From: a virus
Lineage: Duplodnaviria; Caudoviricetes
DNA: 56,557 bases
Virus record (IMG/VR): IMGVR_UViG_3300034109_000654
Coordinates: 1-56,557 of that record
Strand: one strand, 5' to 3'
Shown here: positions 8,358 through 19,684 of the stretch, piece by piece
Numbering within the stretch: the stretch's first letter is position 1
Layout of the letters: each line of letters begins with the position of its first letter
The notes under the pieces: model-generated
Told to the model about the DNA's origin: nothing
Seen by the model: only the letters and a program-made list of their open reading frames with translations
Database searches by the model: none
Made by a program: the position numbers and the translations under genes

Positions 8358-10093
8358 GCGCTGGCCTCCTCGTCGGAGTCGGTGGTGACGTTGTGGTCGA
8401 CGGTGCGGCTCATCAGCGCAATGGAGATCTCGTCGCTCAGTCGGCCCCGGGTGAAGGTCTCCGCACCGACGATCTGCAGGCGGCGAGCCATTCCCATCTG
8501 CTTTTCGGTAGCGCCCTGGTTGCGGGTGCGCCACTGGGCGAACTTGCTGGGCAGGACGAAGTTGTTGTCGATCACCCACTCCTCGGCCTTACGCAGCGCG
8601 GTGGCCAGCGGGTGGTAGATCGCCCTGCCGTCGAGGTCCACGTCGGCGAAGGCACCCTTGCCGGTCTTGGTGTTGATCGAGCCCACCGCCCACTCGGTGC
8701 GGTCGTCGTTGGGCCAGACGAACACGTTCATGCCGTCGGAGAGTGGGACGAACGGCACGCCGGCCGGGGTCTCGAGCCACAGGGTGTCGTCGTCGTCGAG
8801 CAGGTTGACGGTGACCATGTCGACGGTGCCCTGTCGCTGGCGCACCTCGATGCGCTTCTCCTCGGGCTCGCAGACGCACAACGCCAGGTTCATGCCGCAG
8901 CCGTCGCAGAGGATCTCCTCGCCGTCCTCGTCGACCTCCTTGATCGTCAGCCCCATGCCGTGCACGAGCTCGGAGAGGTGGATCAGCTTCATCGAGCGCG
9001 CGGTACCGGCCAGGTCGAGCACCAGGGCGTCGGTCTTGTTCTCGTAGAGCCGCAGCGCACGGCCCACCATCTGCGAGTACAGCACCCGGCTGCGGGTGGG
9101 GCGTGCCATGACCACGCAGTCGCACATCGGGAAGTCGGCACCCTCGGTGAGGACCATGACGGTGACCATCACGTCGATGTCGCCGTTGCGGAAGTCGTGG
9201 TAGACCGGCTGCCTCTCGTCGTAGGTCATCGCTCCGGTGGTCGACACCGCTTTGAGGACACCGCGCTCATTGATGAGGTCGGCGATCTGCCGGGCAGCCT
9301 CCACGCTGGCGGCGAACACGATGGAGCGCCGGTCGCGGGCGTGCATCTCGATGGCGTCGACGGTGTACTCCACCGCCGCCTCCATGATGTCGGCGAGGTC
9401 GCCCTGGTGGAAGTCGCCTGCGATGTTCTTGACCTTGTCGAGGGCGTTGAGTTCCCCGATCCGCACGGTCAGGCCGGTGGGCGGGACGAGGTACTCGTTC
9501 TCGATAGCCCAGCGCAGGTCCTTCTCGTAGGAGATCTTCTGGATCACGTCGCCCAGGCCGATCTGGACGGTCTTGCCCTTGGTGTTGTCGGAGCGGTACA
9601 TCGTGGCGGTGAAGCCGCACATCAGCGCGTCGTCGTAGCCGCCGAGGTCGGTGAAGGTGGCGTGGTAGCCCAGCGCCGGCGCGTGGTGCACCTCGTCCCA
9701 GATGATGACGTCACGCTTACCCAGCGCCATGCGGCGGTGGGCGGTGGCGAGGGTCTGCAGGGTGGCGAACACGATGGGGGCGTGGTGGTCGTCCATCTCG
9801 GCGCGGACCATCCCCATGTGCTGCAGCGGGATGGATGGGTCGACGGCGATCAGGTCGCGGCGCATCTGGTCGAGCAGCTCGCCCCGGTGGGCGAGGCAGA
9901 CGATGCGGTGGCCGTCGTGGTAGGCGTCGGAGACGAGCTTGCCGATAACGGTGGACTTGCCCGCTCCGGTGGGCAGTACGACGCCCACACGCTTGGTGCC
10001 GTTGGCCCAGTCCGCGTGGACGGCGTCGACAGCTTCGGACTGGTAGGGGCGAAGCTCGCGGGGCTTGGCCTTCTTCTTGGATCGGACGCTCAC
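8354..10093 (-). CDS. Superfamily 2 DEAH-type DNA helicase
   Basis: LRPYQ, PTGAGKS, DEVHH, GFTAT, LTEGADFP, QMVGRALR. Confidence 0.95.
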   Translation of the reverse strand: MSVRSKKKAKPRELRPYQSEAVDAVHADWANGTKRVGVVLPTGAGKSTVIGKLVSDAYHDGHRIVCLAHRGELLDQMRRDLIAVDPSIPLQHMGMVRAEMDDHHAPIVFATLQTLATAHRRMALGKRDVIIWDEVHHAPALGYHATFTDLGGYDDALMCGFTATMYRSDNTKGKTVQIGLGDVIQKISYEKDLRWAIENEYLVPPTGLTVRIGELNALDKVKNIAGDFHQGDLADIMEAAVEYTVDAIEMHARDRRSIVFAASVEAARQIADLINERGVLKAVSTTGAMTYDERQPVYHDFRNGDIDVMVTVMVLTEGADFPMCDCVVMARPTRSRVLYSQMVGRALRLYENKTDALVLDLAGTARSMKLIHLSELVHGMGLTIKEVDEDGEEILCDGCGMNLALCVCEPEEKRIEVRQRQGTVDMVTVNLLDDDDTLWLETPAGVPFVPLSDGMNVFVWPNDDRTEWAVGSINTKTGKGAFADVDLDGRAIYHPLATALRKAEEWVIDNNFVLPSKFAQWRTRNQGATEKQMGMARRLQIVGAETFTRGRLSDEISIALMSRTVDHNVTTDSDEEASA

Positions 10094-10235
10094 AGTGCGG
10101 TCCTCCTTCGGGGTCGGGGTTGGGGTCGGGGTCGAGGTTGGTAGTCGGGGTGGAACTTCTTACCTCTTGATAATACCTACTTTGGTAGTCATTGTCTATT
10201 CCTCGGCCGCACCAAATCGACAGCCGAAAAGTCCC

Positions 10236-12728
10236 TCATTCGAGGGACTTTTCGGTGTCGTCGCTCATCACCTCGGCTGCGTACATGCGTCTGGCGTCGG
10301 TGTCGGTGGCCGTGCCGGGGACATACCGGGTGCCCAGCCGCTGACCGGATGCGGTCTCGAGAAGGTAGAACCGCAGACCCTTGTCAATGGCCACCGCCAC
10401 TTTCTGCCGCCAGGCTTTGACGGCATCGCGGCGCATGGTGGTGTAGGAGTCGGGCTTGACCCCGGCGATGATGTCGGCGCGGGTGACGCCCTGCTCGGGG
10501 AACTGGGTGACGAAGCGCCGGATACGGATGGCGGTCTCGATCACCGGTTCCTCGGTGGGACGGGCCAGCACGATCTCGCCGATCATCGGGTCAAGCTCAC
10601 CGCTGGGGCCGGTGATGTACGGAGCCGCCAGCGGCTCGTGGCTCCGCATCAGCAGCGGCATCGGGTGCTCCATCTGCTCGGCGTTCTTCTGCTTGCTCGT
10701 GGTGAGTTGGATCTTCTTGCCGTGCGGGACACGTCCGTCGTCACCGACCAGATCGAAGTCCTCGAACTCCCACTGGCCGTCGCTGACCAGAAGCTCGGAG
10801 TCCAGGGCGGCGTTGAGCGCCGAGGAGCCGCGGCCGGAGGTCGGGTTGTTCTTGGCGGTGTGGTGGACGATCATCACTCCGGCGTTGGTGAGCCGCCGTA
10901 TCTGGTCGAACCGGGCCACCGCCTTGTTGATCTCGGTAGCGGAGTTCTCCTCGATACCCAGGCTCATGCGGGCGAAGGTGTCGAAGATGATGAGTCCGAC
11001 CCCCTGCCGGATCGCGTACTCGCACACCGCCGCCCACGCCTCCTTGGACGCGCCGAGCTGGATGATCGAGGAGCCCAGCCGGATGCCCTGGTCGAGGACC
11101 TCCTCGGGCACGTCGTTGACCGCGCACCACGCCTTCATCCGCTGCACCGCACCGGACAGACCCTCACCGGGCAGGTAGAGCACCTTGGTCTTGAGCACCT
11201 TGCGGCCCTGCCACGGGCGACCGGTGGCGATGCAGCACGCCATGTCCAACACGACGCTGGACTTGCCCACCCCGGGAGGTCCGATCACCGAGGACAGACC
11301 ACCGTGCTCGATCAATCCCTCGACGATGTACTCGGGGGCCGGCATGTCCCGCCAGTGGGAGAACGGCGCGATAACGGGGACACCCTGGATGTCGGGATCG
11401 AACACGTCGGGATCGGGCTGCTCGACCTCGTCGGGGAAGTCAGTGGGGTTCTCGAGCAGGACCGGCTCGAAGGCCATGTAGTCGTCGTCGAGCTCCTCAA
11501 TCGGCTCGTCGTGCTCGGAGGTCAACACGATGTCCTCGCAGAGATCGTGACCGGCCTGGTCGGACTCGATGGCGCGGGAGTCGACACCCTCCTCACGCTC
11601 GATGGTGGTCAGCGCCGGGCTGATCCCCTTGCCGTCCATCGTCGCGCCGACGTTGCCGCCGTACTCGATCCAGGCCACCGCCTGCAGCTTCGAGAGCGTC
11701 TGCTTGCCGGTGGTGCTGACGTAGTCGTCGAAGGGCTCACCCGGATTGTCGGTCCAGATGTGCAGCGGCGCGTTGGTCTCGGTGTAGATGCCCAGTGAGC
11801 AGCCCGCGTCGTGTGCGGTGGCCGACTTGGGGCTGGAATGTTCTCCCGGTGCCGTCCAGACCACACAGCCGCAGTTGTCGGGTCGGGAAGTCGGCACCCA
11901 GCCCAGCGGTTCGAGAATCTGCTCCCAGGTGGTGTTCTCGGCCCACAGGTCGATCGAGGACGCCAGCTCGGTGTCGACGCTGTTGTAGATCGAGCGGTCC
12001 AGTTTGACCGAGGACCGCTCTTGGATCACCGCCTGCAGCCAGGTCGGCAGCGGGTAGTCGCGCCCCACCAGTTCGTAGGGACCCTCGGGACGGGTGGACG
12101 GCGGGATCAGGACGTAGCGGCGGTCCCAGAGCACCGCGAAACCGTCCTCGCCGCCCCAGGTCATCGCGCCCATGTTGCGGGGCAGCACCGTTTCCTCGGG
12201 GACGGTGAAGTAGAAGTGCCCGCCGTCGCTGTGCACCCAGGTGCCGTCGGCGGTGCGGCTGCCGGGGGTGACCACCGTCGGCGGCAGGTCGGAGTCCTCG
12301 TCGCCGGTCGCCGCCTCGAGGAACCGGCGCTTCTGGGCCTCGGTGTCGCAGTCGACGACCACCAGCCCGGAGCCGCCGACCTCGACGGCGATGTTGACCG
12401 CGACCTGATCGCCGTACACGCTGATGTAGCGGTCCAGGTACTTGCTTAGGGTGGCCTTGTCGGAGGTCGCCAGCGCCAGGCCGGACGCGGACTTGGCTTT
12501 CTGCCAGTCCTTGTGGCCCGCCAGTTTCGCCCGCGCCTGGGCGGCGCGGTCGTCGGCGGCTTTCTTCTGCGCGGTGCGGCCGTCGAAGGGTTGCTTGGTG
12601 CCGGGGGCGATCAGCAGTAGCGACAGACCGGCGTCGGCAGCGGCCTTGAGAAACGAGCGGACAGCGTCATGGTTGGTGTTGTCGACACCGCTGCCCAGGA
12701 CAGCGGTGATCGGCGTCGAGCCGAGCAT
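10236..12728 (-). CDS. Bifunctional primase-polymerase fused to AAA_25/RepA-type helicase
   Basis: N-terminal LVVVDCD and GGHFYF...YVLIPPS (Prim-Pol); C-terminal GPPGVGKS, LIIFDT, VHHTAK, GRGSSAL. Confidence 0.9.
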   Translation of the reverse strand: MLGSTPITAVLGSGVDNTNHDAVRSFLKAAADAGLSLLLIAPGTKQPFDGRTAQKKAADDRAAQARAKLAGHKDWQKAKSASGLALATSDKATLSKYLDRYISVYGDQVAVNIAVEVGGSGLVVVDCDTEAQKRRFLEAATGDEDSDLPPTVVTPGSRTADGTWVHSDGGHFYFTVPEETVLPRNMGAMTWGGEDGFAVLWDRRYVLIPPSTRPEGPYELVGRDYPLPTWLQAVIQERSSVKLDRSIYNSVDTELASSIDLWAENTTWEQILEPLGWVPTSRPDNCGCVVWTAPGEHSSPKSATAHDAGCSLGIYTETNAPLHIWTDNPGEPFDDYVSTTGKQTLSKLQAVAWIEYGGNVGATMDGKGISPALTTIEREEGVDSRAIESDQAGHDLCEDIVLTSEHDEPIEELDDDYMAFEPVLLENPTDFPDEVEQPDPDVFDPDIQGVPVIAPFSHWRDMPAPEYIVEGLIEHGGLSSVIGPPGVGKSSVVLDMACCIATGRPWQGRKVLKTKVLYLPGEGLSGAVQRMKAWCAVNDVPEEVLDQGIRLGSSIIQLGASKEAWAAVCEYAIRQGVGLIIFDTFARMSLGIEENSATEINKAVARFDQIRRLTNAGVMIVHHTAKNNPTSGRGSSALNAALDSELLVSDGQWEFEDFDLVGDDGRVPHGKKIQLTTSKQKNAEQMEHPMPLLMRSHEPLAAPYITGPSGELDPMIGEIVLARPTEEPVIETAIRIRRFVTQFPEQGVTRADIIAGVKPDSYTTMRRDAVKAWRQKVAVAIDKGLRFYLLETASGQRLGTRYVPGTATDTDARRMYAAEVMSDDTEKSLE

Positions 12729-12988
12729 CAGGGAACGTACCTTTCGGGTAGGTGTTGGGGATATTCATTTGGGGCCGCTGCCCGGAAGCGGGGGAACTTC
12801 CGGCGGGGGAACAGCGGGGAGTGCAGTCAATCAGTCGGGGCGGTATCGGTCCTTTCGCCGTCAGTAGACGTATCTGCACGCAAACGCACGCAGTGGTACG
12901 CCGCCGAACAGGGCGGCACAACATCTAGTGGTTGGAGCGGTGGTGTGTCGGCGTGTCGCGGTGTTTCCGCAGTGAGCCATCTGTGCCT

Positions 12989-13396
12989 CTAGCCTATGAC
13001 ACCGGACGAGTCTTTGCTGGGTTTCGGTGCCGGTATTTCGCGGTACTTGTCCAACTCATTGTCGGACTGATCCCCCCAGCGCAGGTTGTCGACCCGGTTG
13101 CAGCGCTTGCCTCTTGAGCCGTGCAGCACCCACGTCTTGCCCTCGACCCGCGGGATGAACGTCTCGGCGACAAGGTGATGGATGTAGCGTTTGCGGGCCT
13201 TGCCCTGATGGTCGTAGAGCGTGACGCACAGGTGGCCGTAGTCGTTGCCGGTGCGCGGGGCCAGCAGACCGCCGCTGGCCCAGTAGGGCCGGGTGTGGCG
13301 GCGGTCGATGCGCCGGCGGTGGTACATCACCCGGCCCCAGGTGCTGACGCTGTAGAGACCCTCGTACCCGGGGATCGCCCTCCACTGCTCACTCAC
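12989..13396 (-). CDS. NUMOD4-HNH homing endonuclease
   Basis: EQWRAIPGYEGLYSVSTWGRV (NUMOD4); IHHLVAETF...VLH...NRVDNLRW (HNH). Confidence 0.9.
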   Translation of the reverse strand: MSEQWRAIPGYEGLYSVSTWGRVMYHRRRIDRRHTRPYWASGGLLAPRTGNDYGHLCVTLYDHQGKARKRYIHHLVAETFIPRVEGKTWVLHGSRGKRCNRVDNLRWGDQSDNELDKYREIPAPKPSKDSSGVIG

Positions 13397-13760
13397 CGCG
13401 CATCTTCTTCCGGTGCTGCGCCCGGTACTGCTTGACCGAGAACATGGTGCGTCCGAGAATGTTCGCCGCCTGCTGCGCGGACAGCTTCGGATTGAGCGCC
13501 ACCGCACGATCTTCGTCTGTCCACGGCTTGGACCTGTTGGGCATGGTGCGGGACTGCTGCTCGTTGATCCGGCGCTTGCGGTCCTCGACGCGCTTGTAGA
13601 GCTTGCGTCGCATCTCCGGGGAGGCGTTGTCACGCCACTCCTTGTGCTTGCGTCGGTGGTCGGCGGCGCAGCCCTCGCAGCGGCAGCGGTGATTGACATA
13701 CGTCGTGTAGGACACGGCGTATCCCTCGATGTGCGGCGGTCGGGGCTTCTTGGCGGTCAT
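13389..13760 (-). CDS. Basic protein with CRCxxC motif and C-terminal HTH
   Basis: YVNHRCRCEGC; WTDEDR...LSAQQAANILGRT; ATGA overlap with polA. Confidence 0.7.
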   Translation of the reverse strand: MTAKKPRPPHIEGYAVSYTTYVNHRCRCEGCAADHRRKHKEWRDNASPEMRRKLYKRVEDRKRRINEQQSRTMPNRSKPWTDEDRAVALNPKLSAQQAANILGRTMFSVKQYRAQHRKKMRGE

Positions 13761-15562
13761 ACCTTGGCCCACCTCTCTCCCATATCGGCCCGGTCGGTAC
13801 GCAGCACCGGGGTGCGTTCGGCCCACCGCTGCAGGAACGGCGGCGGGGTTTCCATGATGTGCCTGACCTCCTCGGCAACTCCGGTGGACACCACGACCTC
13901 GTCGTGCATGGCCAGGTAGATGTCGTCCCCGATACCCTGTCGTTCCATCTCGCAGATGGTGTGGGCGAGCACGTCGTAGGCGCTGCCCTGCACGACGTAG
14001 TTCACCGCGCGGAACACGCCGTCGCGGTCGACGGGCAGGATTCGCCCTACAGCGGTGGGGACCATGCCGTGATTCTCTGCCACCGCCGCCACCCGCGTCA
14101 TCCAGCGTGCGCTGTTGGGCATCGCCGCCATCATCTGGCGGCGAATCTTGGCCGCGTCGTCCTCGGATTTCCCGATCCGTTTGGCCAGGCCCGACACGCC
14201 CTGGCCGTACATGGTCGCCAGCAGCACCACCTTGGCCAGTGTCCGGTCGATGCCGCACGCCTTCTGGACCGGGCCGTAGAGGTCCTCCCCGGCCTCGTAG
14301 GCGGCGAGGAACTTGTCGTCCTTGGCCATCAACCCCATCGTCACCGGCTCGATCTGCGACCAGTCGATGCTCGTCAGGCCGTTGCCGTCGCCGCAGAGGA
14401 TGGGGCGGGCGTCCTTGGAGAACTGCTGCAACTCCGGCGAGGAGTAGCTCATGCGCCCGGTCTGAGAGGCGCCCAGCACGCTCACCTGGGGGTGGCAGCG
14501 CCCGGTGACCTCAGACTGCCGGGCGACCTTGGCCAGATAGCCCAGCACCTTGTCGGTCTCGGCCAGCTTGCGCTGCGCGGTGGCCAGCGGGTGATCCAGC
14601 GAGTCCAGCAGCGCCTTGGTCGCGGAGAGCCGGTTGGTGGAGGTGCGCGGCCAGTCGGGGCGCAGCTGGCCGATCGAGTCGAGGTACTCGATGAGTTTGG
14701 GCCCCTTGCCCGCCCCGCCGGCCAAACCGTGCGTGGCCAGCTCGGTCTCGGCCAGCATCCGGTCGATGTCGACCATCTCCCGGTACTCGACGAGGTAGTC
14801 GGAATCGACCTTGATGCCGCGGGCGGTGCGCCGCAGCATGACCCGGTTGACGGTTTCGGTGACCGCGATGATCTCGTCGGCCTCGGCGGTGGTGGTGGCC
14901 CCGTAGTGGATGAACGGGTGGTCGGTGAGCAGTCGTCGGCAGGCGGCGCGCACGATGGGTTCCAGTCGCAGAGTGGCCACCGTGTCGGCCATCGCGCCCT
15001 GCCGGTAGATCGGGGAGTCGATGTCCATGTTCTCGTACCCGACCTGCTTGGTCTTGAAGCCCGCCGCCTTGAACGCTCGGGTCATGCCGTCGGCGAACTC
15101 CGACATGCCCAGCAACCGAATCGACAGCGAGGTCAGGTCGCGTTTGCCGGTCACCTTGTCGTAGGGGTTCGGCCAGGCCATGCGTGCCAGCACGAGGGTG
15201 TCCACGACACGGTTGACGTCGTGGGCCCCGATCAGTCCGGCCTCCCACAGGGCCGGAATGTCGAAGGGTGCGTTGTGCAGGATCAGCGTGGACCGGTTGA
15301 CCTGCAGGATGTTCGCGGCCATCGCGTAGTCGCGGGGGTTGCGGCTCACGTCGAGCAGGACGGCGTTGGTCTGGCCGTCCTGCTGCCAGGCGGCGGTCAC
15401 ACAGTTGATCTCGAAGGCACGGTCGAACCCCGGCGTCTCGATGTCAATGGCGACCTGGGTTCCGGTCGGCATGGCCTGCACGGCGTGGTAAGCGGCCATG
15501 CCGGTGTGCAGGTAGGCGTTGAGGGACGGGTCGAACCAGCGCCGGTCGGGAACGTCAGGCAT
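13757..15562 (-). CDS. polA: Family A DNA polymerase with 3'-5' exonuclease (no 5'-3' exonuclease)
   Basis: Exo DIET and HNAPFD; TGRMS; motif A DWSQIE; motif B RTLAKVVLLATMYG; VQGSAYD; motif C MHDE. Confidence 0.95.
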   Translation of the reverse strand: MPDVPDRRWFDPSLNAYLHTGMAAYHAVQAMPTGTQVAIDIETPGFDRAFEINCVTAAWQQDGQTNAVLLDVSRNPRDYAMAANILQVNRSTLILHNAPFDIPALWEAGLIGAHDVNRVVDTLVLARMAWPNPYDKVTGKRDLTSLSIRLLGMSEFADGMTRAFKAAGFKTKQVGYENMDIDSPIYRQGAMADTVATLRLEPIVRAACRRLLTDHPFIHYGATTTAEADEIIAVTETVNRVMLRRTARGIKVDSDYLVEYREMVDIDRMLAETELATHGLAGGAGKGPKLIEYLDSIGQLRPDWPRTSTNRLSATKALLDSLDHPLATAQRKLAETDKVLGYLAKVARQSEVTGRCHPQVSVLGASQTGRMSYSSPELQQFSKDARPILCGDGNGLTSIDWSQIEPVTMGLMAKDDKFLAAYEAGEDLYGPVQKACGIDRTLAKVVLLATMYGQGVSGLAKRIGKSEDDAAKIRRQMMAAMPNSARWMTRVAAVAENHGMVPTAVGRILPVDRDGVFRAVNYVVQGSAYDVLAHTICEMERQGIGDDIYLAMHDEVVVSTGVAEEVRHIMETPPPFLQRWAERTPVLRTDRADMGERWAKV

Positions 15563-17498
15563 TTTCGATCCTCCTGGTGTTCTCGAACTCCGCACGCAGG
15601 ATCAGGTCGGACATGCCGTTACGCAGAATCCGCAACTGATCGAGCCAGTCGTCTCCGATGGTGCCTCCCTCGACCAGGTCGATGAAGCCACCGATGGTGT
15701 TGGTGGCGGCGGTGACACCCTCGATGCGGCCCTGGATCACGGCCAGCTCAAGCAGATGCCGGAGCTCGTCCTGAACGCTCACTTCATTACCTCCGTCATC
15801 AGCCGCAGCCGGATCACGGCTGCCTCTTTGGCGTAGTCGACCGGAATGCCGGCCCGCACGTCGCCGACCAGCCAGCGCAGACGACGCGCCAGCCAGTCGG
15901 GGCTGTCGCCGACGTTGATGTCGTGGGGGATCACTGTGCTTCCTTTCGGTCGGCCCACGAGGTGAGCGTTCTGGCGATCTTTCGGGCGTCGTCGGGGTCG
16001 CTGAGGATGGCGGTCAGGGCGGCGGTCTTGCCGTGCCGGATCACAGAGAGCGCCAGCAGGCCGTCGACTTCGTCGACGGCGAGCATGTCGCCGTCGATGT
16101 CGATGTAGTCGTGCAGCGGCGTGGCCGTCATCTCGGGGAACAACCACTCCATCACGACGCCTCCTCGCCGAGGAGTTCGGCGACCAGGGACGCCGCCCAG
16201 TCCTCGGCGGCGGTGTCGTCGGATTGAGCCCGTTTGCGGGGCGCGGCCTTGGCCTTCTGGTAGGCCCGATCGTGGAACTGCTCCATCTCCGCGTCCCGCT
16301 GTGCGGCCTTAGCCGCGTTGCGTGCCTTGGCGTGGCGGCGTTCGGCGGCGGTGAGCTTGGTGGGCTCGACGTAGTTGACCCATTCGCCGTTGAGTTGCTC
16401 GCACAACTCTTGCGGAGTCGCCGCGGTCAGCCATGAGGCGGTGCGTCCCGCCTCGGAGCAACTCTCGGTGTCGCGGATCGAACCCTCCGGGGTGAGGCGG
16501 TGGGAACGTCCGCAGACGTGGGAGCTGGTCTGGGCACGGCGGTCCAGCCGGACCTCGTGGAAGCGACCGTGGAAGTCGGTTGCCCACACCATGCCGGTCT
16601 GGGGGTGGTCGGACCAGTAGGTGAGATCCAGCACCGCGCAGGCGGCGACAGACTGCGCTGTCCGGTTCGGCAGTGTCCTGCCGAACCGGATCGGCGGGTG
16701 GGCGGTCAGCCGGAGATCACGGCCGGTGTTCGTCAGGCCCCAGTACCGGGCGTTGGCCTCGTAGTCGATTTTCTTGGACACGAGCACGCCTCCTCTCAGT
16801 AGTAGTCGCACCCGCCGTGGCGGGTGACGGTGGTCGGTTCTGAGTCGATGAGCCAGAACTCGCGGATGTACCGCTGCCCAGGTTCGATGACGGCCAGGCA
16901 ACCGCTGCATCGGTGCTGCTTGCGAGCGGTGACCCGTTTTCCGGACAGCTGAATCTGCGGAATACGCTCACGCTCGTAGAGAGCGTCGTCGTGGTAGCCG
17001 ATCACTTCGGTTCCTCGGCGATGCGCTGGACGAGGAACACCGCCAGTTCCAGGATTCGCGGCAGAACCTCCTCGGCGTCGAGCTCGGCTGCGGTGCCGGC
17101 GGCGCTGACCGACGTGACCACCAGCTTGTAGAGCCTGGTCGCCGCCTCGATGTCGGTGCAGCCGTCGTTGGTGATGTCGCGGTAGTAGTCGACCAGTGCG
17201 TCGATGACCTCCGCGGAGGTGCGCCGGTTCTGGTCGTAGGCCGCGACATTGCGCGCGCTGGGCCGCTTCATCGTTGCCTCGCCTGGGCGAGAGCATCGGC
17301 GTCGGTGGTGTAGCCGTTGGGCTGCAGGCCGCAGTCGATGTAGAAGCGGTGGAACTGGAAGCTCGGCGCGATCTGGCTGAACGTCGAGGCGAGGTTGCGG
17401 CAGATGCGTGCCACGGTCTCGCGCTCACCCTCGGTCTTGGCGATGGCGAGTTGAACGCGCAGCATCACCGCGACGGCGCTGATCTGTTTTCGGTTCAC
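15555..17498 (-). CDS. Run of about 7 small coupled ORFs (15555-15782, 15779-15934, 15931-16155, 16152-16781, 16796-17005, 17002-17271, 17268-17498)
   Basis: Mostly 4-bp start/stop overlaps; preceded by a promoter with -10 at 17556-17561. Functions unknown. Confidence 0.65.
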
Positions 17499-17619
17499 GG
17501 TCAGGTGTCTCCTTTCGTTGCGTGGTGGCGGGTGCAGTCCCAGCCTTGCCCTTTTAGAATAAGGCATGGGCGGTGAAAACGCAAGTGTCACAAGCGGTTT
17601 CGTCCGTACTAATTCCGGG

Positions 17620-19684
17620 TCACGAGAACTCTCCCTCGGTCTCCATCTCGAACAGGTAGTCCTTGACCGCCTCGGCCAGCTCGTAGGCGTAGGCCACCAC
17701 GTCGGCGTTCTCGGTCTGTGATTCATAGACCCGCACGAACTCACTGAGGACGCGGCGCATCTCCTGCTCGGTCTCGGCCCGGCGGTCGGCGCTGGTGTCG
17801 CTCATACGAACCTCACCACCCGGTACTCGGCGGCTTCGCTGCCGAACTGGCCGTCGATGACGGTGTCGGTGCAGACCCACCAGCCCGGCACGATCTTGGT
17901 GAACTCCTCGGTCGTGTCGTCCCAGGCGTCGGTGGCGACGTGCCTCTTGACTGAGACGATGGTGTGCAGAGCCGCCTGCGAGTCGGCGATCAGTTCGCCG
18001 GGGTGCAGTTGATCGGCGGTGCAGCGGCGTATATCGGTGACGTGGGCGGTCAGGTCCCACGGCCAGAACCGCATCAGCTTGCCCGAACGCTGCATCCTGA
18101 CCCCGACGTACTTGCGGCCGATCTCCTCGACCGTGCCGTGCATGTCGCCCTTCATCCAGGCGTCGGTGACCGGGTGCGGCATAACCCGCATCCCGACGTG
18201 GACCTGGCCCAGCGTGGACAGGTAGCCGATCATCGTGACCAGCCGGCGTTCGCCATCGGGAGTGATCTGATACACCGTCACTCACCGTCCTTGACCAAGC
18301 GCCACCCGACCGGCAGCCGGACCGACTCCTCGCCCCAGGACACGTTCTCGGGGTTGATGTCGTTGTCGATCAGCCAGCCGCCGACCTCGGCGTCGGCCAG
18401 CTCGGCGATGTCGGCCTTCTCGGACTCCTCGAGGTTGCCGCTGCCGTAACGGCACAGCGACTCCTTGAGGTCTGCGCCCTGCTCCTCGACGGTGAGGAAC
18501 AGCGCCAGCTCGTAGTTGACCTCGGTGTAGTACACCGTGACGATCTGCCGGTCGCTCATCGGGGCTTCACCGCCTCGATGAGCAGCCGGGTCACCAGCAG
18601 CGGCAACTCCTCGGCGGTGCCGCAGAAGTCCATCGCCTTGAGTTCGCAGCCCTCGTCGGTGTAGACGCCGACGGCGTAGCCGAAGCTGGCGTCGCCGTCC
18701 CCGGTGGAGATGCGGGCGGGCATCGGCGTGATGTACGCCTCCTCACCGTGGTCGGTGTGCGGGTTGTCGGTGACCATCACCGTCAGGTCGCCCTCGAGGA
18801 ACGCCTGGATCGCGGTGCAGCCGCCTCCGGTGTGCCACCACTGGAACACGTTCTCCCCGAAGATCGCGTTAAGTGGGTCGAGCATCGGGGTGAACTGCTC
18901 GGGGTCAGTCGGGTCGTATTTCATGCGTCAGCCTCCTTCGGGAGTTGCAGCACCTCGGTGCCGTTGGAACCGGACTTGAAGTAGGCGTGCGCCTGTCTAC
19001 GCAGCGCCATCCGGTCGGCCTGGGCCTCGCGGAACTTCTGCGCGGCGGTCGGAGCCGGGGCCTCGACGTAGGCGGCGACCCGGCGGGTGGACTTGCGGAC
19101 CAGCGACCTGCCGAAGCGGTTCCGGGCCCGGTACTGACTCGACGCCTCGCGGGCCTGCGCCTCGGTGTCGTGGGTGGAGCGCACCATCCAGTGGCCCTGC
19201 CGCCACACCCACACCCGCCAGCACGGCACGGCGACCATGCGGGCGCCCATCAGATGAACCCCTCCTGGCGAGCGGCCTTGAGCGCCCCGGCCTGCAGCCG
19301 GTCGGCGAACCACTCGTCCTGGGTCGCATTGAGCCAGGCGGCGATGTAGAAGTAGCCGTAGCTGCCGTTGGAGTTGCCGACGACCTTGATGAGGCCGTCC
19401 TCGTAGACGGTGACCTCGTTGCCGAGGTGCGACTGCACCTTGCCCTCGCAGATGAGGGTTGCCAGCGGCTGGCCCCAGGGCCGCACCCGGTCGAGCTGGT
19501 CGGTGAGGGCGTGGCGAGCGGAGGGAACGCCCCACAGAGCCTGGCGGTTGTGAACCAGATCGCCGCCGAACTTGTGGGACATGCGGTCGAGGATCAGCCG
19601 CGCGCCCCAACACGCTGCGGTGTCGGCCGGCACGGCGGCCTCGTATCCGAAGGCCAGACGGCGCTCGGAGGGTTTGTCGGACAC
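17620..19684 (-). CDS. Operon of 6 small ORFs (17620-17805, 17802-18281, 18278-18559, 18556-18924, 18921-19250, 19250-19684)
   Basis: Start/stop overlaps; promoter/leader at 19696-19737. Confidence 0.7.

Noticed and set aside
8333-15685. Long + strand ORFs (8333-10144, 10065-11798, 13859-15685)
   Set aside because: Antisense shadows of helicase, primase and polA caused by high-GC codon bias; no recognisable motifs.
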